Virus record (IMG/VR): IMGVR_UViG_3300033463_000005
Location: 194,510 to 258,509 of that record
DNA length: 64,000 nt
DNA from: a virus
Taxonomy: Duplodnaviria > Caudoviricetes
Strand: one strand, 5' to 3'
The notes below the pieces were generated by a model. That model ran no database searches. It was not told the DNA's origin and saw nothing but the letters and a program-made list of their open reading frames with translations. A program made the translations under genes and the position numbers. This document shows positions 30,942 to 39,910 of the stretch, one piece after another (within the stretch, counting starts at the first letter, position 1; the number at the start of each line of letters is the position of its first letter).

Positions 30942-31505
30942 ATGTTTGATATTGATAATCACGAGAAGATTATGGAGTTGATTTCAGCAAAACATCCAGA
31001 TGCATATGTCATTCCCATTTACGTTCAGTTGTATCATGAACGTTATGGAATTGATGAGTTGAAAGAGGTGAAACAATTTAATCCCGCAGGATTTCGTGTT
31101 GGATTTGGAGCAAAGATTTCTATGTTTGACAAACATTCTTTTCCACCTGATAAAATGTTTGCTTATGAGATTGAGACAGTATTCTCTCATTTTAATGATA
31201 AATTGAATACAGATGAAAAGTTTGTTGTGTTTTCAACAATTATTGTGAAAGAAGAGAAACCTGTTGGTGAAGAATACTCTGTAACAATATCACCTGAATC
31301 AAAAATAAATCCAGAAGCATTTATATATCCTGAAGCATTCTATAACAAACAATCCGTTGTACATTCAGTTGTTGATGAACAGATTGAATACTATTATAAT
31401 CAATTGAAGGAATTCTTGAAAAAGCAATATGAGACAATTCGTAGACAAATTATTGCTGCGGATATTGCAGAAAATTCCATTCAAAATGAAGATAAAAATG
31501 GATGA
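30942..31505 (+). CDS. hypothetical protein
   Basis: GAAAGGA RBS before MFDIDN. Confidence 0.7.
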   Translation: MFDIDNHEKIMELISAKHPDAYVIPIYVQLYHERYGIDELKEVKQFNPAGFRVGFGAKISMFDKHSFPPDKMFAYEIETVFSHFNDKLNTDEKFVVFSTIIVKEEKPVGEEYSVTISPESKINPEAFIYPEAFYNKQSVVHSVVDEQIEYYYNQLKEFLKKQYETIRRQIIAADIAENSIQNEDKNG

Positions 31506-31636
31506 AAAAATTTTTTGAAAATTCATATATATATTCTTTTATTGGCGAAGCCAATAATTATTATATTATATTATATATAACACGTATAGCATAGGCGAAT
31601 TTTCGCGCTGAAAATACTTGTGTTTGGAGGTGTATT

Positions 31637-32596
31637 ATGACAAATGGAGAATTCAAACGGACATTATTAGAAACCGGATTATTTCATAAAACGGGGAATG
31701 GATTGTGGTTCCGATGTGACACATGTCCATTCTGCGGTGATATCAAAAAACACATGTATGTTTTAATCAAATTAGCTGATGACACACCTGTATTATATCA
31801 TTGCTTCAAATGTAATTCTCATGGAGTTATGAATCAATCATTTTTGAATTATTTCGGAATCGATAATTTGAAAATTCCGAAATGGAATTGTCGAAAGGTT
31901 CATTGTAACTCTAGAGATGAAATATCATCATTTGAAATACTTGATGAAATCAATCATGCTAATATGATTAACATTGGGATGGATTACATTCAGAAACGTG
32001 TTGGAATTCGTCCAGACATTGATCAATTAAAATCGTTCTGTATGATTGGAAATCCATATGGGTATGTTCAGGATTTCATCGGAGGGAATGGTTATGGTTT
32101 AAAGAATCGATTATGGTTCCAACTTGTGAATGGTTGTATGGTTGGTCGATTATATGATTCAGATGAAGGTGACCGATGGAAGAAATATACCGGCAATACG
32201 CAAACGACTATTCCAGGTATTTACATGATCAAAAATGGTATTGACACATATCAGACCATCAATGTGTGTATCTGTGAAGGTGTCATGGATGCAATCGGAT
32301 TATATTATAATGGTAATATAGCCAATGGATTGTTCATTGCATGTTTGGGTCGTGATTATGGTCTTGGAATGAAGTATGCGTTGGATATGGGTATATTCGG
32401 TGAATCTGTTCAGATTCGATTCTATTTGGATTCAGATGTAGATGATGTGAAATTACCACCTGGATATGATCGATTATTCAAATCCATATCGTATTATAAA
32501 AACACATCTGCAAAAGATTATGGTATTCCGATCGATTTATTATCGATTGAGAAAATACAAAATTCTTATGAAAGCCAAAGGAGACAAACGAAATGA
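31637..32596 (+). CDS. DNA primase (Zn-ribbon + TOPRIM)
   Basis: CPFCGD...HMY...HCFKC zinc-binding domain; TOPRIM CEGVMDAI and YLDSD; KDYG. Confidence 0.85.
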   Translation: MTNGEFKRTLLETGLFHKTGNGLWFRCDTCPFCGDIKKHMYVLIKLADDTPVLYHCFKCNSHGVMNQSFLNYFGIDNLKIPKWNCRKVHCNSRDEISSFEILDEINHANMINIGMDYIQKRVGIRPDIDQLKSFCMIGNPYGYVQDFIGGNGYGLKNRLWFQLVNGCMVGRLYDSDEGDRWKKYTGNTQTTIPGIYMIKNGIDTYQTINVCICEGVMDAIGLYYNGNIANGLFIACLGRDYGLGMKYALDMGIFGESVQIRFYLDSDVDDVKLPPGYDRLFKSISYYKNTSAKDYGIPIDLLSIEKIQNSYESQRRQTK

Positions 32597-32925
32597 AATT
32601 CAATTTGATCGATGTGTTGATGTATTTACAGAAACACAACAGCAACGGGTTCCATGTGAACAACGTAACAGAAATCAAGAGATTCGACGTTGGTTATCGT
32701 GGAGATGGTGAGTATGACACCGTGTGGAAGATTGGGTTGATCAATTCCAAAATGTCCGTTGTGTTAATTCAGGATGGACGTATGCAATCATTGACAACAT
32801 TCTCGGATTGGAAACATGTTGGGTCGAAACTCATATTTGATTTCCATATGACACCAAAGGATGTTGCGACGATATTGGAATTGGAAAATCCCGATGATAT
32901 TTCACAATGTTTTGAACGGAGATGA
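32593..32925 (+). CDS. hypothetical protein
   Basis: coupled to primase, AAGGAG RBS. Confidence 0.68.
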   Translation: MKFNLIDVLMYLQKHNSNGFHVNNVTEIKRFDVGYRGDGEYDTVWKIGLINSKMSVVLIQDGRMQSLTTFSDWKHVGSKLIFDFHMTPKDVATILELENPDDISQCFERR

Positions 32926-32929
32926 TCCA

Positions 32930-33106
32930 TTGAAACAACCAAATCAAAAAATTGAAATAATCATAATGATTATAACATGGATTCTGTTGATTGGTGGTAT
33001 TGTAATGATGGGTTTCGGTTTATTCAATGGGATTATCTGGTTATTCATTACTGGAATGATTGTGGAAATCATTTCGTGGTTACTTGCCACTGCATTTATT
33101 GATTAG
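32930..33106 (+). CDS. small membrane protein
   Basis: two hydrophobic helices; TTG start inferred. Confidence 0.55.
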   Translation: MKQPNQKIEIIIMIITWILLIGGIVMMGFGLFNGIIWLFITGMIVEIISWLLATAFID

Positions 33107-33119
33107 GAGGAAATGGAAG

Positions 33120-34121
33120 ATGAGACCAAGTAAGGAAGAATACTATCTGAATATTGCGAGAGTTGTTGCATCTCGTTCCACATGTTTGAGAAGAAACTAT
33201 GGTGCGGTCATTGTGAAAAATGACCGCATCGTTTCGACTGGATATAATGGTGCACCCCGTAATGATCCAAACTGTTGTGATATTGGAACATGTAAACGAA
33301 TTCAGAATAATGTTCCACATAATACCGGAGACTATTCGGATTGTTGTTCTGTCCATGCAGAACAGAATGCCATTATTCATGCAAATTATGAAGACATGCG
33401 TGACGCTGTCATGTATTTGGTTGGGGTTGATCCGAATACAAATGCATTAATTCCGGAAATTTCGTGTTGTCCGATTTGTCATAGGATGGCAAAGAATGCT
33501 GGACTGGTTTCTGTTGTCACACCATATTCTCACATTGTCTTGTCTGGAAAAAGTGTTGATAACATTTTACAACAAGAAACGATAACAGACACTGGAATAT
33601 CGGATACTGAAGAAGAGATAGAGCAGTTTGAAGATATGATGGAATCTTCTTATTGGGAAGATTACATGAAAGCATACTATAAACTGGAAATGTATTATGA
33701 TTCCCTATTAACGGCAGAATTTATTGAGAATCTTGCATATGTATTATATCTCAAAAATATGTCTGGTATGTATGCAGAACGAATCGGAATCGAGTGGAAT
33801 GATGGGAATTCTGATGAATTGATTCGTCAATTGAATTGTTGTCATTTGTATGTGGCAATTGATTCATTAAATGTGATTACGGCAGATGAAGATGTATCAT
33901 TCTTGACATTCGAAATCAAATATAACCGTGGTCCGAAACGATTGTATCGGGTTACATGCACAAATGCATTCTTGGAACAAATCGAACCATTGTTTGCATT
34001 CTTCCGTCATAAGATGCGAATTCGATTTAAAACACTTCATGATGATCAAACGATTTCACCGGAGTTACCATCTATCAAATATATGATGGATCATGCCAGA
34101 TACAAACGAGAACACAAATAA
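33120..34121 (+). CDS. dCMP deaminase with C-terminal extension
   Basis: RSTCLRR.YGAVIVK, TGYNG, HAEQNAI and CPIC zinc motifs; ~190 aa extra C-terminal region. Confidence 0.88.
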   Translation: MRPSKEEYYLNIARVVASRSTCLRRNYGAVIVKNDRIVSTGYNGAPRNDPNCCDIGTCKRIQNNVPHNTGDYSDCCSVHAEQNAIIHANYEDMRDAVMYLVGVDPNTNALIPEISCCPICHRMAKNAGLVSVVTPYSHIVLSGKSVDNILQQETITDTGISDTEEEIEQFEDMMESSYWEDYMKAYYKLEMYYDSLLTAEFIENLAYVLYLKNMSGMYAERIGIEWNDGNSDELIRQLNCCHLYVAIDSLNVITADEDVSFLTFEIKYNRGPKRLYRVTCTNAFLEQIEPLFAFFRHKMRIRFKTLHDDQTISPELPSIKYMMDHARYKREHK

Positions 34122-34162
34122 TATGATGGGGCGGATATCCGCCCCATATTTTTTATTTTTGA

Positions 34163-34182
34163 AAATATATATTGTTAATTTG
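34163..34182 (+). promoter_or_regulatory. putative phage early promoter
   Basis: AAATATATATTGTTAATTTG after GGGGCGG-ATAT-CCGCCCC terminator. Confidence 0.6.
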
Positions 34183-34236
34183 ATACAACATGAATGATTG
34201 TATCAAAACGAAAACATTTTACAGGAGGAAACAAAA

Positions 34237-35544
34237 ATGACAAATTCTCATTCTCAATTCGGCGACGGGATTCGCGCTGCAATTGAAGCAGTGGCACTCC
34301 AGAATGCTGCCAGACTCACATTGAATAAAAATGTGAGGGACGCATTCAAACGTCTGGGTGATTATCAAATCAATCCGGATGAAACCACCATCTCGGGTTA
34401 CAAGAGATGGACAGAGTTTATCAAGCGATACAAAACCGTGTGGGATGAAACATCATGCGGTTATGAGCTTGATAAATTAACAGCAGAGATTGAAAAATTG
34501 AATGCTGAATACATCAATAAATTGGGTGCAATTCTTGATGAATACAGCAAAGCATCGGTGGGAGTGTCGTTTCAGGATAAAAAGACAGATGCTCCGAGAG
34601 TGAGCACGCCCACCACAACGGATTCTAAAACTAAAAAGCCATACATCATTCATCGGGATGAGAAACCGGCAAAAGATGAAAGTCCGATCATCGTTAAGAA
34701 CGAAGGGGTGAAATCAGAACCGATTCCGAAAAAGGAAGATGCGTCATCACCTGCATCTGACAAGCCGGTTATTTCGCCTCTGAATCCTTGTAAATTAGAC
34801 AAGGATGCACGACCCATTGATTGGGTTCATTCGATTCCGGGCACAAAGTATATGATTTATCCGAGTGGAAAAATCATTAATCGGTATCGGGCGCTCCCCG
34901 TTTATCCGTATAAGCATAACGGAAAATGGGTTGTGAAACTCATCGGAGATACCCGTCCTGACCGAGTGAATCCGACATCGTTGGAATTTACTGTCGAGGA
35001 ACTCGTGAAGCGGGCATTTCCGACACTGCCGAAACCGGAAGATGTAAGACCGACCGCGAACGGTCGTGTTCGTATCGAAGATGTCACAACACCGCTTACC
35101 AAAAAGACGGTTGAAGCAGAATCTTCGAAAACATCTGAATCGAATGATCCCTCGCCGTCTGACATGTGCAGATTCATCACATGTTATCCGGAGATTCCTT
35201 TTGACAAATATCTCGTATCGAGAGATGGTCGAGTATTTAATAAATACTCCCATTCATATTTGGCATTCTCGGATAACGTGGCAAATCCGTCACGCAAGAA
35301 GAACCAGCACGCCTTTGCATATGTAAGCCTAAACTCCAGTAAAGGCGGCAAGGGCGAAACTCGTGGTGACGGTCCGGCAACCGAAGTTCGCGCAAACCTG
35401 GCACATGTCCTTCTGTGCACCTTCTATTACAAGAAGGATACTGACCCGCGGAAATTTCTTAATGGAAGAAAGATCAGAATGATTGATCCTTCCAAGGGTT
35501 GGAGACTTGACAATATTGATATGAGTTCGGTGGGAGAGATTTAA
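34237..35544 (+). CDS. protein with two NUMOD4-like repeats (degenerate HNH-family)
   Basis: IPGTKYMIYPSGKIINR and KYLVSRDGRVFNKY motifs; no intact HNH. Confidence 0.6.
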   Translation: MTNSHSQFGDGIRAAIEAVALQNAARLTLNKNVRDAFKRLGDYQINPDETTISGYKRWTEFIKRYKTVWDETSCGYELDKLTAEIEKLNAEYINKLGAILDEYSKASVGVSFQDKKTDAPRVSTPTTTDSKTKKPYIIHRDEKPAKDESPIIVKNEGVKSEPIPKKEDASSPASDKPVISPLNPCKLDKDARPIDWVHSIPGTKYMIYPSGKIINRYRALPVYPYKHNGKWVVKLIGDTRPDRVNPTSLEFTVEELVKRAFPTLPKPEDVRPTANGRVRIEDVTTPLTKKTVEAESSKTSESNDPSPSDMCRFITCYPEIPFDKYLVSRDGRVFNKYSHSYLAFSDNVANPSRKKNQHAFAYVSLNSSKGGKGETRGDGPATEVRANLAHVLLCTFYYKKDTDPRKFLNGRKIRMIDPSKGWRLDNIDMSSVGEI

Positions 35545-35599
35545 TATCTCTCCCTCGCTTACATATTGATATTCCATATCAAAAGGAGGAGTCCTATAT

Positions 35600-37294
35600 A
35601 TGAGCAGAATTTCAAAAGAAGTGTCCGAACGACAAAAGACATTTGGTAATGAAATGCCGGATCTGAAAATCGTTCGAAACTTTATGAATGGGATTTCATA
35701 TAAACTCGATCCCATTCAGACCCTGAAGATGATTGCCGCTTCATCCATCTTCGGTGAACCTTCCTACTATCGGGAAGGTGGTCTGAAAGAGAAGAAAATC
35801 ACATTTAAAACAGAGGAAAAGTGTGATATCAAACCTCTGTTCAAAGATATGATTCTCAATAAGACTACCACAGAGGTATTTGAAGAAGCAATTGATGCAG
35901 CACTGGAGTATGACTTCGGTGCAACAATTCAACTTGCAATTGAATTGCGTGAGAAGTATCTCATGCGGTTGAATCCGCAAGTCATCATGGTTCGTGCCGC
36001 AATCCATCCTAGTAGAAAGGAATGGACAAAACACCATAAAGGTGAATTCATCACGGCAAACAACCGCGTGATGAAACGTGGTGATGAACCAGCAACCCAA
36101 CTGGCGTATTTTATCTATGTTACCGGATCGAAAGCCAATATGCCATCGATTCTGAAACGGTCGTTGGCTGCAAGACTCGGAACATTGACAAAATACGAAG
36201 TCAACAAGTATAAGAATTCCGAAATGGGTATGATTAATACCGTGCGTATTGTTCATGCAAATTCGGATGTTCTGAACGAGTTGATGGAGACAGGTTCCGT
36301 GTCAGTTGGCACGGAAGAAAAAACGTGGGAGAATCTTCTCTCGGATGGAATGTCATGGAAAGACCTAGCATTGCAGGTATATGCCGGTAATATTAAACTC
36401 CCTGCAATGGCATTGATCAGAAACCTTCGAAATATCTTTATGGCATTTGCTGCAGATAATTCGGTAAAACCCGAAGTATATCAGTTTTTCCATGATAAAC
36501 TCATCAAAGATGTCCCGTATGCCAGACAGTTCCCGTTCCGATACAAATCGGCATATAATGCGATTGAATCTTCGCCATTACCAATTGCAATCAAGTATCC
36601 GTTACTGGATACATTGTCGCAGTGCGTGGATTTATCAATTGATAATATGCCGCATTTGATGGGAACAACCGTTTGCTTGACGGATAATTCGGGTTCTGCA
36701 TGGGGCGGCTTCACCTCGGAATTCGGATCAGTTTGTGTTGCAAACATTGATAACCTTTCATCTGTGATTGCCGCAAAAGCATCCGATGCAGGTATGGTTG
36801 TGAAGTTCGGTGATAACTTCATCGAATATCCAATCTCCCGTCGTGATTCGGTTTTGACACAGGTTAAACCGATTGATGCCCGCGGTAGTTCTGATGTGGG
36901 TGGTTCCACGGAAGGTGGAATCTGGAAGTTCATGAAGAAAGCGATTACCGAAAAGATTCATTTCGATAATCTGTTTATCTTCTCCGATCAGCAAGCCGGT
37001 ACAGGCGGGTTGTATGGAACTTCCGAAGATATGTACGAATACTGCCAGAAAGGATACAATGTCCGTAGCAGAATGATTGATGTATTCGCACTCATCAATG
37101 CATATCGCAAGGCGGTCAATCCAAGACTGAATGTATTCTCGGTCCAGACTGCTGGATATAATAACCTTGTTATTCCGACCATGACATATCGGACAGCTAT
37201 GCTCACGGGTTGGACTGGTAAGGAGGTTTCATTCGCTGCTGAGTACATCAGACAGTGGGATGCAATCGAAATGAAATCTGGCAATAATATGTGA
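35600..37294 (+). CDS. Ro60/TROVE domain RNA-binding protein (Rsr-like)
   Basis: N-terminal NFMNGISY...FGEPSYY, TWE..LS, ALIRNLRNI, QFPFRY..AY TROVE motifs; vWA MIDAS DNSGS and IFSDQQ; C-terminal GW. Confidence 0.92.
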   Translation: MSRISKEVSERQKTFGNEMPDLKIVRNFMNGISYKLDPIQTLKMIAASSIFGEPSYYREGGLKEKKITFKTEEKCDIKPLFKDMILNKTTTEVFEEAIDAALEYDFGATIQLAIELREKYLMRLNPQVIMVRAAIHPSRKEWTKHHKGEFITANNRVMKRGDEPATQLAYFIYVTGSKANMPSILKRSLAARLGTLTKYEVNKYKNSEMGMINTVRIVHANSDVLNELMETGSVSVGTEEKTWENLLSDGMSWKDLALQVYAGNIKLPAMALIRNLRNIFMAFAADNSVKPEVYQFFHDKLIKDVPYARQFPFRYKSAYNAIESSPLPIAIKYPLLDTLSQCVDLSIDNMPHLMGTTVCLTDNSGSAWGGFTSEFGSVCVANIDNLSSVIAAKASDAGMVVKFGDNFIEYPISRRDSVLTQVKPIDARGSSDVGGSTEGGIWKFMKKAITEKIHFDNLFIFSDQQAGTGGLYGTSEDMYEYCQKGYNVRSRMIDVFALINAYRKAVNPRLNVFSVQTAGYNNLVIPTMTYRTAMLTGWTGKEVSFAAEYIRQWDAIEMKSGNNM

Positions 37295-37312
37295 TTTTCA
37301 CATCACATATGT

Positions 37313-37402
37313 ATAGTTGCGATGCGGTGTAATCGGTTACTTCGCCATTTGTTCTAAAAATGATACGAGATCATATACCGGTTATGATATTCTCGCAACT
37401 AT
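37313..37402 (+). ncRNA. candidate Y-like RNA (Ro60-associated module copy 1)
   Basis: terminal stem ATAGTTGCGA/TCGCAACTAT, GATGCGG-helix-TACTTC ... helix-ATATTCTC; starts 19 nt after the Ro60 stop. Confidence 0.65.
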
Positions 37403-37406
37403 CATC

Positions 37407-37492
37407 GTATCAATATTATGATGCAGCCGCATGGGTTACTTCACCTGCATAAATGAATAATACCTGTGTATTTATTCTCATAATGTTGATAC
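37407..37492 (+). ncRNA. candidate Y-like RNA (module copy 2)
   Basis: terminal stem GTATCAATATTATGA/TCATAATGTTGATAC with GATGCAG..TACTTC..TATTCTC. Confidence 0.65.
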
Positions 37493-37496
37493 AAAT

Positions 37497-37570
37497 GCCC
37501 CGGTACCCGAATTGGCATAGGGAGCGGTCTCAAACACCGTGTTTTGTCGGTTCAAGTCCGACTCGGGGTA
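37497..37570 (+). tRNA. tRNA-Leu(CAA), short variable arm
   Basis: acceptor GCCCCGG/TCGGGGT, anticodon arm GCGGT-CTCAAAC-ACCGT, T-loop TTCAAGT. Confidence 0.8.
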
Positions 37571-37674
37571 CTAACTGATGCATGGCATAGATGTTTGCTC
37601 CAAGCATCTATCATCAGTTATCGCGGAATGTATATATGCGGGCATTGCGCCCGCATATATACTATTTCCTTTTG

Positions 37675-38835
37675 CCATGTGTAATGTAATTGTATAGATT
37701 GGAGTGTGTAGTATGAGTTGTGGTGAAGCAGAGTACTGTGAAACCTAGTCGTGTGATGGCATAGTGCATTCACGTTCGTTTTGTTCAGGTGGAGTGGGGT
37801 ATGGTAAAGCATGGTTGTGTGCAGGCATGTGCTAGTGCAGCAGGGTCGTGTTCTACTATGTTCAGGTGAAGCATGGTTATGTTCGGCTACGTTTAGGCGA
37901 AGCAGGGTCTTGTTTCATTGCGTTACGGTGAAGCAAGATGCTGTTCGGCTATGTGGTGGCAAAAGCAAGGCAGTGTCCTATTATGTTCGGGCGGAGCTAG
38001 TCATGTTCTATTACGTCTAGTCCTGGTATGGTTAAGTGGGGAGCTGTACATTGATGGTTTGATCAAGTGATATGCGGTGAAGCATTGGCAACGTGGAGTG
38101 ACGTGGAGAACTGTCTCGTCACGGCGTGCGCTATAACGTATGGTGACGGCAAAGCAACGTAGTGCGCGTCCATGCGACGGTTTAGTACCGAGCAGCCTAC
38201 CTATGTAATGGAACTGTCGAGTCGTGTCACGCAGAGTTCAGTATTTGTGGGGGACTGTACAGTTGAGAAAGGCAATGTTCTGGCAGGGAACGGTCAGGTA
38301 GTATTGTGTTTAGGTGGAGTAAGGTCGCGTTTTGTTTAGGCGGAGTAGCGTGAAGTTCAGTACAGTTCTGGAAACGTAACGTGACGTAACAAAGCGTCTG
38401 GAACATTGATGCAACGGTTCGGTGCCGTAGTGGTGGTTTGTGCTGTGTCGCTATTGTGTTGTCCTGCGAGGGAACGTGGGGGCAGCGTTCGGTTGTGCCC
38501 CGTATCGCAAAGGCAAGGCACGGTAGTGCGCATCCTATGTGTAGGTGGAGTCTCGTTGCGAGAGGCAACGCTTTGTTATGGTTTGGCTTAGCCACATATT
38601 ATTTCGATACAGTATGGGTTTAATCTGGAGCTGTGATGGAACGGCACTGTTTAGCAAGGCAGTGTCAGGGTTATCCTATGCGTTGTAGAACCAAGCGATG
38701 GAAATGTTATGGTCAGTGTACTGCCGTAACGTCGTGGTATTGTGAGGTAGCGTCATGTAATGCTTAGGCAACGCCGTGTAACACAATGTCACGTCCCATT
38801 TCGTCATGGAACCGCGCTGTACACACAGTATGGCA
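37675..38835 (+). repeat. non-coding pentamer-periodic array 1 (NN-xRY units, ~31-nt super-repeat GGYRAAGC)
   Basis: GGYRA(A)AGC-like anchors at 37865, 37896, 37927, 37958, 37990 (31,31,31,32 nt apart) separated by pentamers such as ATGGT TATGT TCGGC TACGT; G/T-rich, no credible ORF. Confidence 0.85.
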
Positions 38836-38911
38836 TCTGCCACAAAGTATGTAATCCGACATTTTGAAATATAAATGTCGGATATGCATACTCTATATTA
38901 CTTATGTAAAT

Positions 38912-38985
38912 CGGGGTTTAGCTCAGATGGTACGAGCGCCTGGTTTGGGACCAGGAGGCCATCGGTTCGAGACCGATATCCCCGA
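38912..38985 (+). tRNA. tRNA-Pro(TGG)
   Basis: CGGGGTT acceptor, CCTGG-TTTGGGA-CCAGG anticodon arm, TTCGAGA T-loop. Confidence 0.88.
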
Positions 38986-38990
38986 CTCGT

Positions 38991-39131
38991 CATTCATTCA
39001 GTTGATGCAGTGAATCAAGATACTTCGGTTAATAATATTATTGGAAAAATATTTATAAGGTTCAAATCCTTAAACACCCCAGCGATAGTTGGAGTGACAT
39101 ATTCTTGGTTCGATATTCTCAACAATGAATG
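38991..39131 (+). ncRNA. candidate YrlA-like RNA (module copy 3 enclosing a T-arm)
   Basis: GTTGATGCAG-TGAATCAAGA-TACTTC ... TAAGG-TTCAAAT-CCTTA ... TCTTGGTTC-GATATTCTCAAC. Confidence 0.65.
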
Positions 39132-39140
39132 TTTGACAAC

Positions 39141-39306
39141 TGTCATCAATATAAGTGTAATTGGCATTGGTGAGAACGCCGTTGTGAGATGTGGAATTAA
39201 AGAACATCTATTAGTGTATATGGCAAACTGCAGATTGTCATATATGCCACAATTCGCGGGCATGGGTCGAATAACTACCCCGAAATTACAAACTGTATTG
39301 ATGACA
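39141..39306 (+). ncRNA. unknown structured RNA
   Basis: 11-bp closing stem TGTCATCAATA/TATTGATGACA enclosing internal hairpins. Confidence 0.4.
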
Positions 39307-39309
39307 AAT

Positions 39310-39403
39310 GGTCATGTCTTCTAGTGGCAAGATACTTCATACATTGCAAGGCGCCCTTGTATTGTGTATGATAGAGACTCCGGTTCGATTCCGGACGTGA
39401 TTT
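39310..39403 (+). ncRNA. tRNA-like RNA with long hairpin in place of the anticodon arm
   Basis: acceptor GGTCATG/CGTGATT, D-loop TAGTGG, T arm TCCGG-TTCGATT-CCGGA; TCATACA..CAAGG-CGC-CCTTG..TGTATGA hairpin. Confidence 0.6.
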
Positions 39404-39487
39404 TCGTGGCATAGTTACACACGTCGATACATATCGATGCAACCAGTGTGTGGTTGCGGCTATGTCACGTACCAACGATATTCATTT

Positions 39488-39659
39488 ATACAAGTATGCA
39501 AGTGGTCATAAGCGGCTCACGTAAGTGAGAGGACACCTAATAAAAATACTCGTTCATGATTTCTCGTCCACTTATGTGGCGATGCAGTTGAATGGGTTAC
39601 TTCGATTACATATAATTGATCACATTATGTGTACGCGGGTTCGAATCCCGCCTTGTATA
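39488..39659 (+). ncRNA. tRNA scaffold carrying permuted Y-like module (copy 4)
   Basis: acceptor ATACAAG/CTTGTAT, D-loop AAGTGG, T arm GCGGG-TTCGAAT-CCCGC; insert ACTCGTTCA-TGATTTCTCG..CGATGCAG-TTGAATGGGT-TACTTC. Confidence 0.68.
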
Positions 39660-39673
39660 TATGAATATCTATG

Positions 39674-39809
39674 GGAGGATTAGCTCAGTTGGTAGAGCAC
39701 GAAACATAACTCGTTGCGTTATTCTCGGGACCCAAAGTGCCCGATGCAGTGTGATGAGTTACTTCGCATATGGCGCGCGTGGTCGTAGGTTCGAGTCCTA
39801 CATCCTCCG
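39674..39809 (+). ncRNA. tRNA scaffold carrying permuted Y-like module (copy 5)
   Basis: GGAGGAT/ATCCTCC acceptor, canonical D arm TAGCTCAGTTGGTAGAGC, T arm GTAGG-TTCGAGT-CCTAC; insert AACTCGTTGCG-TTATTCTCGGG..CCCGATGCAG-TGTGATGAGTT-ACTTC. Confidence 0.75.
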
Positions 39810-39827
39810 TTCTAAAATTTATAAGAT

Positions 39828-39900
39828 GTGACATTAGCTTAGTTGGTAAAGCAATCGCCTTTTAAGCGATAGAGCATGGGTTCAAGTCCCATATGTCACA
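39828..39900 (+). tRNA. tRNA-Lys(TTT)
   Basis: GTGACAT/ATGTCAC acceptor, ATCGC-CTTTTAA-GCGAT. Confidence 0.9.
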
Positions 39901-39910
39901 TTAATTATAA

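Noticed and set aside
37675-38835. Canonical CRISPR array, or coding ORFs (37811-38020, 38227-38595, 38406-38623)
   Set aside because: No identical direct repeats with unique spacers. The ORFs are short, lack RBSs and have the C/V/L/H-rich composition expected from translating a 5-nt-periodic tract.
38875-39831. ORFs overlapping the tRNA/ncRNA cluster (38875-39324, 39616-39831)
   Set aside because: They overlap clear tRNA and structured RNA genes.
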